DNA of 64,000 nucleotides from Phytoplasma sp. (GTDB lineage Bacteria; Bacillota_I; Bacilli_A; Acholeplasmatales; Acholeplasmataceae): NCBI RefSeq assembly GCF_035187685.1, contig NZ_CP131022.1, positions 290,217 to 354,216 of the forward strand, read 5' to 3'. Shown piece by piece: positions 61,478 to 64,000 of this stretch (position 1 is its first letter; each line of letters starts with the position of its first letter). The notes under the pieces were generated by a model. It saw only the letters and a program-made list of their open reading frames with translations, ran no database searches and was not told where the DNA came from. The position numbers and the translations under genes were made by a program.

Positions 61478-62848
61478 ATGTGGTTTGATAATATCAAGAA
61501 AATAAAAATTTGTAAATCACGTTTTTTAATATTTTTAATATTATTGTTGATCCTAGTTTTGAATATATATTTTATTGAAAAATATGATAATGAATTAGAA
61601 ATAATTACAATATGGAATCCTTTTTTGATTTCGTTATTTTTCCTAATGGTGTTAGGCATGGGTTTAAATTTTGTTGGTAATAAAATTCCTTTTTTTAATA
61701 AATTAGGAATGGGTTTTTTTCTTTGTATCTTTGTTCCTTCTTATTTGGTATATAAACAAGTTATTATAACGCCTATAATATACAAACAATTAAAAATGTT
61801 TATTTCTCATTCGGATAATGGAATTAATTTTCCTAAGTTTTTTATTACTGTTGTTGTTGTAGGTGGAATATTAAATGTAGATCATAATTTATTAAAAAGA
61901 TTTATTTTAAAATTTATTCCCTTAGCTTTATTAACTATTTTTTTCTCTTTTTGTTTTACAGGTTTATTAGGTTATGTAGTAGGATATTACACACCAGAAT
62001 GTATTAATAATACTTCTACAAATTCTTTTAGAGATTCTATTTTTTTTATTTCTGTGCCTTTAACTAACGGCGGAACTAATTTAGGTATCAATGGTTTTTA
62101 TAGCATTTATCAAAAATTTTTTGGTTCAGAAGAACAAAAAATAAAAAGCATTCTTTTAGCTCCTCTCCTTATAGCTAGATTTTTTAGTATTTTTTTATCT
62201 GGTTTATTATATTTGTTGTTAGATAAAACCGAATTAAGTGGCAAAGGAAAGTTGGAAAAAGATGCAAATAATTTTGTTAAAGAAATTAAAAATTCGGAAT
62301 ATACTTTAGATTATAATAATATTGGTATTGGTTTGTTAATTATTTTAGGTTTTTATTTCTTGGGAGTTGTTATTAATCAAAATATACCTTTTAGAATGGA
62401 TGAAATGGTATATGTGATTATTTTATCTTTAATAGTTAAGATTTTTCGTTTGATTCCTGAAGAATATCAAAAGTATTCGGCACAAGTAGGTAAAATGATG
62501 GCTATGCATTTTACTGTTCCTATGATGGTTGCTTTAGGTTTAACTATTGATTTTCAAATTTTGATATCATATATGACTAATTACCAAACAATATTGTTAG
62601 TTTGCTCTTCGTTGCTGTTTTCTGTTTTTATCTCTTTTTGTTTAGCTTATTTATTTAATTTTTATCTATTTGAGTTTTCTTTAATTGTAGGTATTTCTTC
62701 TTATAGTATTGGAAGTACTGGAAATATTGGAGTTATGTCCGTAAGCAATAGAATGGAATTATTACCTTTTGCGATTATATCTACGCGAATTGTAGGCGCT
62801 TTAGTTTTTATTATAACTTCTTTTTCTTTTTGTAAAGTTTATCAATGA
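61478..62848 (+). CDS. 2-hydroxycarboxylate transporter family permease (paralog of 25850-27358)
   Basis: 456 aa, polytopic. It is collinear with the first copy throughout. Ends in TGA. Confidence 0.75.
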   Translation: MWFDNIKKIKICKSRFLIFLILLLILVLNIYFIEKYDNELEIITIWNPFLISLFFLMVLGMGLNFVGNKIPFFNKLGMGFFLCIFVPSYLVYKQVIITPIIYKQLKMFISHSDNGINFPKFFITVVVVGGILNVDHNLLKRFILKFIPLALLTIFFSFCFTGLLGYVVGYYTPECINNTSTNSFRDSIFFISVPLTNGGTNLGINGFYSIYQKFFGSEEQKIKSILLAPLLIARFFSIFLSGLLYLLLDKTELSGKGKLEKDANNFVKEIKNSEYTLDYNNIGIGLLIILGFYFLGVVINQNIPFRMDEMVYVIILSLIVKIFRLIPEEYQKYSAQVGKMMAMHFTVPMMVALGLTIDFQILISYMTNYQTILLVCSSLLFSVFISFCLAYLFNFYLFEFSLIVGISSYSIGSTGNIGVMSVSNRMELLPFAIISTRIVGALVFIITSFSFCKVYQ

Positions 62849-63600
62849 AAATTTTATTTTGTATTTTAATAATTAGTTCAAAATAATACTTTATGTGATG
62901 AATGATTTTCATTTTTTATAATTATAATATATTATTTAAATGTTTAATCATGTTTTTTATTTTTTTAATTTTTTTATTTAAATATTTTTTTCAATATTTT
63001 ACCAAATTATAATAAAAATATTATATACTTTTTTTGTTTAATTAATTTTTGCTAATAAAATAAAATGTTGAAAATTAAAATGTTTGAATATAGGAAGTTA
63101 AATATAATTTATTAAAAAACTTTTAAGTTTTTTGGGAAATCAAATTGTATTTATAAGTACAACTACTATTAAAATTTTTTATTTTAACATTATGATTGAA
63201 TTAAAAAATTAAAATTAAATTATTTACTAATTTTATAAAAACATTACAAATAATAAAATAAACTTTTTTATTTTTGAAATCTCCAAATCAAAATATTTAT
63301 ATTAAACTAAAAAAACAAGGAAATAACTTAAAAACAACTAATTTTAAGCATAATTACTTTTTTAGTTTAATATATTAATAAACTATTTATAATTATAGTA
63401 ATTGATAGTTATCAAAATAATAAAAAATTTCTATTTGGATAACAGAGGTAATAATAATTTTTCATCTGTTAAAATCCTAAATAATTTTAAAATTAGAAAA
63501 TGTAAGAAAAGATTTAGGAGAATGCTTTTTAATAAAGAAACATAACAATTAAATTCTTTTTTAAATCAAATAAAATTTGTACTGAGTTAAAAAATGTTTT

Positions 63601-63957
63601 ATCAAACATATTTATCAAACATATTTATCAAACATATTTATCAAACATATTTATCAAACATATTTATCAAACATATTTATCAAACATATTTATCAAACAT
63701 ATTTATCAAACATATTTATCAAACATATTTATCAAACATATTTATCAAACATATTTATCAAACATATTTATCAAACATATTTATCAAACATATTTATCAA
63801 ACATATTTATCAAACATATTTATCAAACATATTTATCAAACATATTTATCAAACATATTTATCAAACATATTTATCAAACATATTTATCAAACATATTTA
63901 TCAAACATATTTATCAAACATATTTATCAAACATATTTATCAAACATATTTATCAAA
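63601..63957. repeat. Tandem repeat, 13-bp unit ATCAAACATATTT x 27 perfect copies plus 6 nt
   Basis: Read line by line and no variant positions were seen. It is intergenic and the unit is not a multiple of 3. Confidence 0.95.
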
Positions 63958-64000
63958 TGTCGAATTTTTATTCATATTTTTGTAATCAAAAATATATCTT

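Noticed and set aside
63601-63957. Reading the 13-mer array as a cluster of DnaA boxes (TTATCAAACA versus the consensus TTATCCACA), or as a CRISPR array.
   Set aside because: The unit has an extra base relative to the 9-mer DnaA box, and neither dnaA nor dnaN is nearby. The repeats are contiguous with no spacers and only 13 bp long, so this is not CRISPR. The same applies to the 10-, 11- and 9-bp arrays.

Overview
Extremely AT-rich Mollicute DNA, roughly 20-25% GC by eye. UGA is a stop codon here: conserved full-length genes such as tsaE, rplT and the second transporter end in TGA, and none has an internal TGA. Together with the gene content this points to a phytoplasma-like genome (inference). 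Positions 1-43200 and 56300-62850 are core genes: rpmG, pepP, tRNA-Cys, plsY, sodA, nusB, a DEAD-box helicase, nfo, a GT4 glycosyltransferase, an M32 carboxypeptidase, the pdhA-pdhB-E2-lpd operon, tatD, ligA, acpS, DJ-1, two 2-hydroxycarboxylate transporters, sucrose phosphorylase, gyrB-gyrA, tsaE-tsaB-tsaD, glnS, a DUF2130 protein, infC-rpmI-rplT and rpmH-rnpA-yidC. Positions 43400-56000 form a PMU-like accessory island. It carries a sigma factor, a protease-less FtsH-like AAA+ ATPase, a membrane coiled-coil protein, two duplicated families of signal-peptide proteins and an IS3-type transposase. Coding density is low, with several ORF-free gaps of 1 kb or more that look like gene debris. The most unusual items are an L20 protein extended by (EKQ)22 and a Rho_N-like tail, an E2 acyltransferase split into two ORFs with no subunit-binding domain, helically phased T/A-tract repeats upstream of surface-protein genes, a perfect 13-bp x 27 array, A26/A27 homopolymers, and a conserved hairpin element that punctuates the island.
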